DNA from: a virus
Lineage: Duplodnaviria; Caudoviricetes
Length of the DNA: 38,301 nucleotides
Virus record (IMG/VR): IMGVR_UViG_3300025653_000094
Span: 1 to 38,301 of that record
Direction: 5' to 3' (one strand)
Positions 25,438 to 34,134 of the stretch are shown here, piece by piece; within the stretch, counting starts at the first letter, position 1; each line of letters begins with the position of its first letter. The position numbers and the translations under genes are program-made. Below the pieces are notes generated by a model. It did no database searches. It was not told the origin of the DNA and saw only the letters and a program-made list of their open reading frames with translations.

Positions 25438-27606
25438 ATGTCAGAATTTGAAAACACTCTTGTAGAAAATGCCGATAACCTTTATTTTGAAAAAACTGAA
25501 GGCGAAGACGGCTTAGAGCTTAATGCTGATTCACAGATTAAATCTAATTTGGCTGGGCTTATTGAGGCCCGTTACATTGAAGCAGAGCTTGCAAGAGATG
25601 CTGATGAAAATCGTTGGATTACTGCCTATCATAACTTTCGTGGCCTATATCCTAAAAACGTAAGATTCCGCGAAAACGAAAAATCTCGTGTATTTATTAA
25701 GGTTACAAAGACTAAGGTGCTTGCAGCCTTTGGTCAGCTTGTAGACGTTATCTTTGGAACAGGAAAGTTTCCGATTGGTGTATTACCTACGGTGCTACCT
25801 GAAGGTGTTTCTGAATATATGCACCTTAGTTCTCAGCCGACTGCTGGAATTGAAACTGCTGAAGCGCCAACACCTCCAGAAAAACCTAAAGAAGAAAGCG
25901 GTATTGGTTATAAAGGGGATGGTCGTGTATTAAAGCCCGGAGCTACGCTTAACTCTGGTAAAGGTATTTTTGAAGATTTAGAAGCTGCCGAAGAACTAAC
26001 ATTTGAAGAAGGCCCGTCGCCCATTCCTGAAATGCTTGAAATTTCTCCTGCTAAAGAAGCAGCCAGAAATATGGAAAAGTTAATTCACGATCAGATTGAT
26101 GAATCTAATGGTTCTACTGAACTTCGCAATGCTATGTTTGAATCTACTCTTTTTGGCACAGGTATTGTAAAAGGGCCATTTAATTATAACAAGACTTTGC
26201 ATCGTTGGAGTGATGAAGACGGAGAACGGGTTTATGATCCAATTTTTGTTAGAGTTCCTCGTATTGAGTTTGTTAGCGTCTGGGACTTTTTTCCTGATCC
26301 TAATGCTACTTCCATTGATGAGTGTGAATACATTGTTCATCGACACAAGTTAAATAAATCTCAGCTTAGGGCATTGCGTAAAATGCCATACTTTAACGAA
26401 GATGCTATTCGTGATTGTATGATGCTTGGCCCAAATTATGTTGAAAAAGACTATGAGTTTGAGCTAAAAGACGATCAAAGAATGTCTGATATGGGTTCAA
26501 GTCGCTTTGAAGTCTTAGAGTATTGGGGCTTAATGGACGCAGAATACGCCAAAGAAATTGGCATGGAGCTTCCTGAAGGGGTAGATACACTTGATGAAAT
26601 ACAGATTAATGCTTGGATTTGTAATGGCCTTGTACTCAGGGCTGTTGTTAATCCCTTTACGCCATACCGTATTCCATACAATGCCTTTCCATACGAAAGA
26701 AACCCATATAGTTTCTTTGGTATAGGCGTTGCCGAAAACATGAACGACAGTCAGCAGATTATGAATGGTCATGCACGAATGGCTATTGATAATCTGGCGT
26801 TAAGTGGTTCATTGGTTTTTGACGTAGACGAGACTATGCTTGTGGGTGGTCAAAGCATGGAAGTTTATCCCGGCAAAGTCTTTAGGCGTCAGTCTGGTAT
26901 GCCCGGACAAGCAATACACGGGCTTAAGTTTCCGAACACATCTCAAGAAAATATGATGATGTTCGATAAATTCCGACAGCTTGCAGACGAGCAAACAGGT
27001 ATTCCTAGCTATTCTCATGGTCAAACAGGCGTACAGAGCATGACTCGTACTGCATCTGGTATGTCAATGCTGCTTGGTGCTGCATCGCTTAACATTAAAA
27101 CAGTTGTAAAGAACTTAGATGACTTTTTGTTAAAGCCTTTAGGCAAAGCATACTTCCAATGGAATATGCAATTCTTTGATGGTAAGTTAAAGACTGAAGG
27201 TGATCTAGAAATAAAAGCATTAGGTACAAACAGCTTGATGCAAAAAGAAGTGCGAAGTCAACGATTGACTATGTTTCTTCAAACTGCTCAAAATCCTGCT
27301 ATTGCTCCGTTTGTTAAAATGTCAAAGCTTATTAGTGAACTAGCATATAGCTTGGATCTTGATCCTGATGAAATACTAAATGATCCCGAAGAAGCAGCAC
27401 TAGCTGCACAGATTATAGGAATGCAAAACAATGCTGGACAAGGAAGTGGCGAACAGGCTGGCCCCGCTGGTGAACAACCCGGAGCTATGGGGGCCGTTGA
27501 AGGAACACCTGAACAACCTGCGGATGTTGGAGTTACAGGCACTGGCGGTGGCAACATCGGAACAGGAAATGTTCCGCAAGCAGGGGAAGGCGAGTTCTCT
27601 GGCTAA
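25438..27606 (+). CDS. Portal protein
   Basis: 722 aa after terL; LFGTGIVKG, WDFFPDP, FFGIGVAE, RTASGMSML patterns of podovirus portals. Confidence 0.9.
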   Translation: MSEFENTLVENADNLYFEKTEGEDGLELNADSQIKSNLAGLIEARYIEAELARDADENRWITAYHNFRGLYPKNVRFRENEKSRVFIKVTKTKVLAAFGQLVDVIFGTGKFPIGVLPTVLPEGVSEYMHLSSQPTAGIETAEAPTPPEKPKEESGIGYKGDGRVLKPGATLNSGKGIFEDLEAAEELTFEEGPSPIPEMLEISPAKEAARNMEKLIHDQIDESNGSTELRNAMFESTLFGTGIVKGPFNYNKTLHRWSDEDGERVYDPIFVRVPRIEFVSVWDFFPDPNATSIDECEYIVHRHKLNKSQLRALRKMPYFNEDAIRDCMMLGPNYVEKDYEFELKDDQRMSDMGSSRFEVLEYWGLMDAEYAKEIGMELPEGVDTLDEIQINAWICNGLVLRAVVNPFTPYRIPYNAFPYERNPYSFFGIGVAENMNDSQQIMNGHARMAIDNLALSGSLVFDVDETMLVGGQSMEVYPGKVFRRQSGMPGQAIHGLKFPNTSQENMMMFDKFRQLADEQTGIPSYSHGQTGVQSMTRTASGMSMLLGAASLNIKTVVKNLDDFLLKPLGKAYFQWNMQFFDGKLKTEGDLEIKALGTNSLMQKEVRSQRLTMFLQTAQNPAIAPFVKMSKLISELAYSLDLDPDEILNDPEEAALAAQIIGMQNNAGQGSGEQAGPAGEQPGAMGAVEGTPEQPADVGVTGTGGGNIGTGNVPQAGEGEFSG

Positions 27607-27664
27607 CTTGCTAACACTTCAAGAACAAGTAAATCAAAGACGAAAGGAAAAAGACGATGGCTAA
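27431..27664 (+). CDS. Small helical protein of the type found after portal genes (Bbp19-like)
   Basis: LVN...W...FR-x-QG-x-x-x-x-L-x-x-L; AGGA upstream; overlaps the portal 3' end and the next start. Confidence 0.65.
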   Translation: MLDKEVANRLAPLVNNPELWGPLKEHLNNLRMLELQALAVATSEQEMFRKQGKASSLANLLTLQEQVNQRRKEKDDG

Positions 27665-29261
27665 AAAATTTCCAGATCTAACAGGCGACGGTGAAGTAAC
27701 CTATGCAGATGTATTAGAAGGTCGTGGAGCTTTTGCTGAAGGGTCTTTGCTATCTTCTTTAGAAATGAGCCTTGAAGAAATAGACGATGAAGCAATTGTA
27801 AAATTAACAGGAAAAGACCCTAGCCCAGAAAGTAGAAAAGAAGCTTCAGAAATTTTAAAGTTTATGTCAGAAGCTGGAGAAGCTATTCTTGAATTAAACT
27901 CATCAAAAAAACCTACTACCCGAAAAGGAATTGCAGAATATAATAAAAAACAAAAAGAACTAACTAAAAAAGTTGATAAACTAAAAAAAGACTTAGGTTC
28001 GCAATTTAATTTTTTTAAATATCAAATTTTAAGAGATGCTGGAAGAGTAGAAAAAAATGAAGGCGGTGAAGTTGATAACTACATTGAACTTTTTGAACAA
28101 ATGCAAATGTCTTTAGAGAAGGCAAAATCTGAAGAAGAAGAAAATATAATTCGTCAAAGATTTGAACAATCTACTAAAGGTTTTGATCAAAACATTATTA
28201 TGCAAGCCTATAAAAAAATGGACGCTATGCGCGAACAAATGTTTGAAGGTGGATCTTTAATGGTTCCTCCAGAGCGTGAAGCATATGGTAAAGGTGGTGC
28301 AATCTTAGACCTTGTAGCGGCTCTTACAGGCAAACAAACCAAAGTCGCTAAGAAAAAGATGGTCGATGAAGAAAAGGCTCTTCAAGACCTATCTAAAATG
28401 ATTGAAGACAACCCAAGGGTATTAGACGAACTTTCAGACGAAGATTATGAAATGGTCGTTTCAAAACTTCCACAGCGCCAAGCCGCAAAGTTAGGCATGG
28501 GCGAAGAGCCTTTAACTGATATGGTTGAAATGGCTCGTGGTATGGAGCCAGCAGAAGTAGCTAAAAATCTTGAAATGTTTAATGACATTGACGAAATTTT
28601 TGAATATACCGATACCCTTGATGCTAAAGGCGCTCGACAGTTTATGCAAAATCTTTCGGACGAAGATCTTGAAATCTTTGGTGCAGATCTTCCAGATGTA
28701 GGCGCAACGCTAGGCCCAAGAGAATTAAAAGCTGAAGGTGGCGAAATTCCAGAAGATACATACAACAATCTTAGCCCAGAAGATAAAATGGAACAAGCCG
28801 AAGATATGCTTCCTGACGAAGAAATGGAAGAAGAGTATGTAGACTTTGTAGCCTCAGAAATTTTAGATCAAGAAGAACAAGATTATTTATTTAAGGCTTT
28901 GGATGACGATCCTCGGCTTGAAGAAATTTTAGATAAAGTAATTTTAAATGCAACAGAATTTGCTGGTTCTGGGGAAGTTGAAGGCCCCGGTACTGGTATA
29001 TCAGATTCGATACCCGCAAGGTTATCGGATGGTGAATTTGTTTTCACCAAAAAGGCGACCGACCAACTAGGCGCAGACAATCTCCAAGTTATGATGGATG
29101 ATGCAGAACGTGCTTACGATGGCGGTCTTATGGCTATGGCAGAAGGCGGTATGCCTGTTGATGATCGTTATAGTAATCAACAACAAGACGAAGATCAAGA
29201 GGAAAAAGTAGAAGATCAAATGCTCTACGCAAGCCGAATGCCTAGTCTTATGAACCGATAA
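27657..29261 (+). CDS. Acidic multi-module protein with repeated R-x5-GG motifs and a GPGT-SDSIPARLSDGEFV domain; candidate maturation protease
   Basis: ORF is solid (534 aa, AAGGA RBS); function inferred from position and motifs only. Confidence 0.55.
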   Translation: MAKKFPDLTGDGEVTYADVLEGRGAFAEGSLLSSLEMSLEEIDDEAIVKLTGKDPSPESRKEASEILKFMSEAGEAILELNSSKKPTTRKGIAEYNKKQKELTKKVDKLKKDLGSQFNFFKYQILRDAGRVEKNEGGEVDNYIELFEQMQMSLEKAKSEEEENIIRQRFEQSTKGFDQNIIMQAYKKMDAMREQMFEGGSLMVPPEREAYGKGGAILDLVAALTGKQTKVAKKKMVDEEKALQDLSKMIEDNPRVLDELSDEDYEMVVSKLPQRQAAKLGMGEEPLTDMVEMARGMEPAEVAKNLEMFNDIDEIFEYTDTLDAKGARQFMQNLSDEDLEIFGADLPDVGATLGPRELKAEGGEIPEDTYNNLSPEDKMEQAEDMLPDEEMEEEYVDFVASEILDQEEQDYLFKALDDDPRLEEILDKVILNATEFAGSGEVEGPGTGISDSIPARLSDGEFVFTKKATDQLGADNLQVMMDDAERAYDGGLMAMAEGGMPVDDRYSNQQQDEDQEEKVEDQMLYASRMPSLMNR

Positions 29262-29377
29262 GGCTACCTAGAAAATCTAGCCCCTTATCATTTTATAACC
29301 TTGAGGCCACCTTGTAGTATCAAGACCCTGTATTAAATAGCGCATTAATACAGCCACCTTGAAAGACAACAAGCCCC
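29257..29377 (+). promoter_or_regulatory. Structured leader: three GCYAC-CTWG-loop-CWAG-MCCC hairpin units before the scaffold gene
   Basis: Units at 29262-29284, 29305-29328, 29352-29377; 9-bp stem CTGTATTAA/TTAATACAG between units 2 and 3. Confidence 0.65.
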
Positions 29378-29393
29378 ATAAAGGAGAGTGACA

Positions 29394-30215
29394 ATGAGTG
29401 AAGAACCGCAAGCGAATCCGTACAATCAAAAAAAGGCTTGGCATGAGCCTGATGGCCCACCAAGACAAAGTGCAGATTCATTGTTTTTTGAAGAAGAACA
29501 AGAGGCTACTTCCGAAGAAGATGGAACCCCTCAAAAACAAACTTCTTCTCGTACCAATTATAAAAAGAGATATGACGATCTAAAAAAACATTATGATCAA
29601 AAGATTTCTGAATTTAAACAACGTGAACAAGAACTAGAGGCTGTGGCCCAAGCGAATCGTCCTCGCTATCAGCCACCTAAAAGCATCGAAGATCTTGAAC
29701 GTTTTAAATCAGATTATCCTGATCTATATGATACTGTCGAAACAGTAGCTCATATGCGAAGCGAAGAGCAAATGAATGCCCTTCAAAAAAAGCTTGCGGC
29801 TATTGAACAACGCGAAGCAGAAATGTCTAAGCGCGATGCCGAAGTTAAGTTGCGAGAGCGACACCCTGATTTTGAAGATATTAGGGGTGATGACAGGTTT
29901 CATGAATGGGCTAAAGAACAACCTGAAGAAATTCAACGTTGGATTTATAAAAACCCAGATAATGTTATGTTAGCAAGTCGTGCCATCGACCTTTATAAGA
30001 TGGAAAACAACATTGCAATTAAATCTTCTACTCGTAGATCACAGCCTTCAAAGTCCAATGCGGCTGATATGGTATCAACAAAGACTACCGGCGTTGAACC
30101 AAAGTCAGCCAAGATATGGACGCAACGGGAAATTGCTGCTTTGTCTTTGGATGACTATGATAAATACGAACAAGAAATTGATCTAGCCATCCGCGAGGGA
30201 CGAGTAGCAAGATAA
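29394..30215 (+). CDS. Capsid scaffolding protein
   Basis: YKKRYDDLK coiled coil, HPDF, C-terminal EIDLAIREGRV; directly before the capsid gene; AAGGAG 7 nt before the ATG. Confidence 0.85.
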   Translation: MSEEPQANPYNQKKAWHEPDGPPRQSADSLFFEEEQEATSEEDGTPQKQTSSRTNYKKRYDDLKKHYDQKISEFKQREQELEAVAQANRPRYQPPKSIEDLERFKSDYPDLYDTVETVAHMRSEEQMNALQKKLAAIEQREAEMSKRDAEVKLRERHPDFEDIRGDDRFHEWAKEQPEEIQRWIYKNPDNVMLASRAIDLYKMENNIAIKSSTRRSQPSKSNAADMVSTKTTGVEPKSAKIWTQREIAALSLDDYDKYEQEIDLAIREGRVAR

Positions 30216-30242
30216 TAACTTGTCTTTTAGGAGTAAATTAAA

Positions 30243-31229
30243 ATGGCTTATAACGTAAGTGATCAATATTTTGAGCCAGCAACTGATACCAATGCAAACT
30301 TTGCAAACTCAGTTTCTGGTCAAGCTAACTCATTCTTCCTTCCTGCTGTCTATTCAAAGAAGGTTCTTAACTTCTTCCGAAAGTCATCAGTATGTGAAGC
30401 CGTAACCAACACTGACTATGCTGGCGAAATTGCGGCATTTGGTGATAGCGTAAATATCATCAAAGAGCCGGTAATTACCGTCTATCAGTACGAGCGTGGT
30501 GCAGACGTAACGTCTACCAAACTGACCGACCAAGAGCTTACTCTTGTTGTTGATCGTGCAAACGCATTTAAGTTCATTGTCGATGACATTGAAACCAAAA
30601 TGTCGCACGTAAACTTCAAAGAAGTAGCATCTTCTTCAGCGGCTTATGCGTTGCGTGATGCTTTTGATGAGGGCGTGTTTGCTATTATGCAAGCTGGTCT
30701 TTCTTCATCTTCACCTGACCACACGCTTGGTGCTGACTCAGCTACCGATTTGGGTGCTGGTGTATATGATGGCGCTGGTGCTATCGACGTAGGCATTTCT
30801 GGCGAAACCGATCCTTTGGACGTTCTTGCTCGTATGGCTCGTTTGCTGGATGACCAAAACGTACCCGAAGAGGGTCGCTGGGTTGTAGCATCTCCTGACT
30901 TCTATGAGCAACTCTCTCAGAGCGGTTCTAAGCTGTTGTCAGTAGACTACAACGCAGGCCAAGGCTCTATTCGCAACGGTTTGGTAAGTTCTGGCAAGTT
31001 GCGTGGATTCTCCATGTACAAGTCAAACAATATGCCTGCTACGTCTAACGCAACTGGCTTTATGCTAGCTGGTCATATGAGTGCTGTTGCAACTGCACAA
31101 TCCATCACTAGCACAGAGGTCATTCGTGATCCTTCTAGCTTTGGTGACATTGTTCGCGGTCTGCACGTTTGGGGTGCTAAAGTTCTGCGCCCTGAAGCAC
31201 TGATCGGTGCTTACTACAACATCGACTAA
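30243..31229 (+). CDS. Major capsid protein
   Basis: F-x-P-x-x-YSK, TNTDY-x-GEI-x-x-x-GDSV-x-I, VPEEGRW, GDIVRGLHVWG-x-KVLRPEAL. Confidence 0.93.
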   Translation: MAYNVSDQYFEPATDTNANFANSVSGQANSFFLPAVYSKKVLNFFRKSSVCEAVTNTDYAGEIAAFGDSVNIIKEPVITVYQYERGADVTSTKLTDQELTLVVDRANAFKFIVDDIETKMSHVNFKEVASSSAAYALRDAFDEGVFAIMQAGLSSSSPDHTLGADSATDLGAGVYDGAGAIDVGISGETDPLDVLARMARLLDDQNVPEEGRWVVASPDFYEQLSQSGSKLLSVDYNAGQGSIRNGLVSSGKLRGFSMYKSNNMPATSNATGFMLAGHMSAVATAQSITSTEVIRDPSSFGDIVRGLHVWGAKVLRPEALIGAYYNID

Positions 31230-31237
31230 GATGCTGG

Positions 31238-31268
31238 GATGGGAGGGTGAAATACCCCTCCCGTTTTT
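31238..31268 (+). terminator. Rho-independent terminator after the capsid gene
   Basis: GGGAGGG...CCCTCCC stem followed by GTTTTT. Confidence 0.8.
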
Positions 31269-31281
31269 AAAGGACTAAAGT

Positions 31282-31434
31282 ATGCCATTAATTTCAACTC
31301 CTAACAAGCCAATTAGCATGAAGTTGACTGAAAACAAAAGAGGGCGTTACCGTAGTGTAGACCACAAAAAGTATTCAGATAACTACGACAAAATATTTGG
31401 CAAGAAAGATAAGGAAGAAAAAAATGAAAGATAA
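31282..31434 (+). CDS. Small basic protein (50 aa, not in the ORF track)
   Basis: MPLISTPNKP...YSDNYDKIFGKK; AAGGA RBS. Confidence 0.65.
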   Translation: MPLISTPNKPISMKLTENKRGRYRSVDHKKYSDNYDKIFGKKDKEEKNER

Positions 31435-31612
31435 AAAGCGAGTAGACTACATGATAGGCGGTAAAACACGTTCTATGTATATGGGCGGTGGATATGGTTC
31501 AAAGCGAAACATGATGTCTAAAGGCGGTATGGCCCATGACTATAATAATATTATGGAAATGGAAGCCAAGCAAATGTCTCCAGACCATAACGAGTCAATG
31601 AAGCAAAAATGA
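31424..31612 (+). CDS. Small Met/Gly-rich protein with three R-x5-GG motifs
   Basis: Start at ATG 31424 (AAGGA RBS); RVDYMIGG, RSMYMGGG, RNMMSKGG. Confidence 0.7.
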   Translation: MKDKKRVDYMIGGKTRSMYMGGGYGSKRNMMSKGGMAHDYNNIMEMEAKQMSPDHNESMKQK

Positions 31613-31755
31613 AAGTAAAGGCCCCCGAAGGCTATCATTGGATGAAAAGCGGTAAAAGCTTTAAGCTAATGAAAGATCCTAAAGACGGTTACAAAGCCCA
31701 CAAAGGAGCTTCTAAAGCCGTAGACTTTCCAATCCAAAAGGTTCATAAAAAATAA
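31609..31755 (+). CDS. Small basic protein (48 aa, not in the ORF track)
   Basis: MKVKAPEGYHWMK...YKAHKGAS...; ATGA and TAATG coupling. Confidence 0.7.
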   Translation: MKVKAPEGYHWMKSGKSFKLMKDPKDGYKAHKGASKAVDFPIQKVHKK

Positions 31756-32525
31756 TGGCAACAACATACTTACAGTTGACAAACGAACTTTTGCGTGAAA
31801 TGAATGAAGTCCCGCTGACTACTAGTAATTTTTCTAGTGCTATTGGTATTCAAGCACACGCCAAAGATTGTATAAACAGAGCATACCTTGACATTGTTCT
31901 AGAAGAACCCCAATGGCCTTTTTTGTCAGTAGCTGACAGTGGGACTACAGACCCTATGTACGGTAATGTCTATGTTGAAACTGTTGCTAATACTCGTTGG
32001 TATGAGCTAAAGCCTGCCAGCGACTCTATAAAAGACGATTATGGCGCAATAGATTGGGACAATTTTTATTTAACTACTGTTGGTGTTACAAGCGAAGTAG
32101 CCCCCTATGTTGCTAAAAATCTTAAATTTACAACCATTGAAGAATGGAAAGATTTTTATAGGGCCAGAGAAAACGCAGACGATGCTGAAAATGCAAACGG
32201 CGGTGAACCTAAGCGCGTTATTCGCAGTCCTGATGGGCGTATGTTTGGACTAAGCCCAATTCCAGACAAAGTATACCGTGTTTGGTTTTATGCGTATAAC
32301 CAGCCTACACAGCTTTCAGATTTTTCAGACGAAATTGTTTTTCCAGATGTCTATAAAACCGTACTCTTAGCAAGGGCTAGGTATTTTGTTCATCAATTTA
32401 AAGAAGCTGTTCAACCAGCCGCTTTAGCTCTTGAAGAATATCGCCGTGGCTTGAGACTTATGAAATCTAATTTAATGGTTCCAGAGCCTTTCTACATAAA
32501 AGATGATCGCAGGAGATTTGTTTAA
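31755..32525 (+). CDS. Head-tail adaptor / tail tubular protein A-like
   Basis: TYL-x-L-x-N-x-x-L-x-x-x-NEV, WPF, P-x-PDK-x-Y; follows the capsid gene. Confidence 0.75.
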   Translation: MATTYLQLTNELLREMNEVPLTTSNFSSAIGIQAHAKDCINRAYLDIVLEEPQWPFLSVADSGTTDPMYGNVYVETVANTRWYELKPASDSIKDDYGAIDWDNFYLTTVGVTSEVAPYVAKNLKFTTIEEWKDFYRARENADDAENANGGEPKRVIRSPDGRMFGLSPIPDKVYRVWFYAYNQPTQLSDFSDEIVFPDVYKTVLLARARYFVHQFKEAVQPAALALEEYRRGLRLMKSNLMVPEPFYIKDDRRRFV

Positions 32526-34132
32526 TGTCTCAGGCGTTTGGTTTTTCATGTAGAGGTGGTTTAAATACAAACCTTAACTCTTTGGAAATCTTAGGTCAAC
32601 CCGGATTTGCAACAATACTAGATAATTTTGAAGTAGATCCTGATGGTGGTTATCGACGTATTAATGGCTTTACGGCTTTTGGTGGTGATTCAGCTACCCG
32701 ACCGAATAGCGGAAATAGAATTTTAGGCACTTATCCCTATGCAGATGGACTTGTAGTTTGCTCAGGGACAGACATATTTTTCAGTAATGATGGCATTACA
32801 TGGTTAAAAATTAATCGCTCAGCCGTTTCTAATAGCGGTGATAATTATACAACTTTTTCTGGTCGATCAACTTTAACAAGAACAAATCAAGGCCAGTGCC
32901 AATTTGCAGTATTTGAAGGTGCTACATATAATTATGGGCAACTTATTATTGCTGATGGCTCTAATAAACTTTATATTTTTCGTATGGAGGGTACTGGTGC
33001 GTTAAATACTCGTACTTTTTATGCAGAAGAAGTTGCAGTTTCAGGGACTAATGGTGTAAAATATATTACAGTACACGACCATCATTTAGTTGCCGCAGGG
33101 GTAACAGGAAGTTTAAGTACTGTTTATTACAGTGTTAATAATGACCCAACAGATTTTTCTGGAACCGGTGCTGGTGCAGTAACTATATCAGATCAAATAC
33201 AGGGGATTAAGGGTTTTAGAACAGACTTAATTGTATTTGCAAGAAATAGTATACATAAACTTATAAATATAAATGATTCTCAAACTGTTCGTATTGATCC
33301 TATTGCAGAAAACGTAGGCTGTCTTAGTGGTTATAGTATCCAAGAAATTGGTGGTGATCTAGTATTCTTAGCCCCTGATGGTATTCGTACTGTTGCAGGT
33401 ACATCGCGAATTGGCGATACAGAATTAAGTTCTATTTCAAGGCAAATACAAAACATTATTTCTAACATTGCAGTTAATATAAATTCATTTGTTATAGACA
33501 GTTGCGTACTTAGATCAAAATCACAATATAGGTTATTTTATGCAGAAGCTAATCAAGCGGCTTCAAACTCAAAAGGTATTATAGGTACTTTTACTGGTCA
33601 AGGTTTTGAATGGTCTGAAACAGAAGGCATACAGGCTTTTGGTTTAAGTTCTGAAATTGATTATACTGGTTTAGAAAAAAAATATCACGGCGATAAAAAT
33701 GGCTATGTGTATAACCATGATACCGGTACAAGTTTTATTTATGATGGCGTAGAAAATAATATCCTTGCTACATATGAAACAGCCGATTTAGACTGCGGTG
33801 ATATTGGAACACGAAAAACTTTTAAATATCTTAGAACTTCTTTTTCGCCTGAAGGTGAAGTGTCACCAACCTTAAGACTAAGATATGATTATAAGTCTAC
33901 AGAAATTGTTCAGCCTAGTGATTATGAATTAACGACAATTCCTGTACCGGCTATTTTTGGAACATCTATATTTGGAAGCACGACATTTGGTGGCACAAAC
34001 GACCCAATGATTAGACAAACAGTAGAAGGAAGTGCAAACACAGTCAGTTTAAGAATAAGAACAAATGATAAACAAAGTTCTTTTGCTGTTAATGGTTTTT
34101 ATATAGATTATATGCCATCAGGTAGGAGATAA
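32525..34132 (+). CDS. Tail nozzle / tail tubular protein B-like
   Basis: N-terminal GGLN, GGYRRINGF, GC...SIQEIGGDLVFLAPDG-x-R; beta-rich. Confidence 0.78.
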   Translation: MSQAFGFSCRGGLNTNLNSLEILGQPGFATILDNFEVDPDGGYRRINGFTAFGGDSATRPNSGNRILGTYPYADGLVVCSGTDIFFSNDGITWLKINRSAVSNSGDNYTTFSGRSTLTRTNQGQCQFAVFEGATYNYGQLIIADGSNKLYIFRMEGTGALNTRTFYAEEVAVSGTNGVKYITVHDHHLVAAGVTGSLSTVYYSVNNDPTDFSGTGAGAVTISDQIQGIKGFRTDLIVFARNSIHKLININDSQTVRIDPIAENVGCLSGYSIQEIGGDLVFLAPDGIRTVAGTSRIGDTELSSISRQIQNIISNIAVNINSFVIDSCVLRSKSQYRLFYAEANQAASNSKGIIGTFTGQGFEWSETEGIQAFGLSSEIDYTGLEKKYHGDKNGYVYNHDTGTSFIYDGVENNILATYETADLDCGDIGTRKTFKYLRTSFSPEGEVSPTLRLRYDYKSTEIVQPSDYELTTIPVPAIFGTSIFGSTTFGGTNDPMIRQTVEGSANTVSLRIRTNDKQSSFAVNGFYIDYMPSGRR

Positions 34133-34134
34133 TA

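Noticed and set aside
31200-31280. T7 gp10B-like capsid frameshift extension
   Set aside because: No slippery sequence before the stop, and a terminator follows directly
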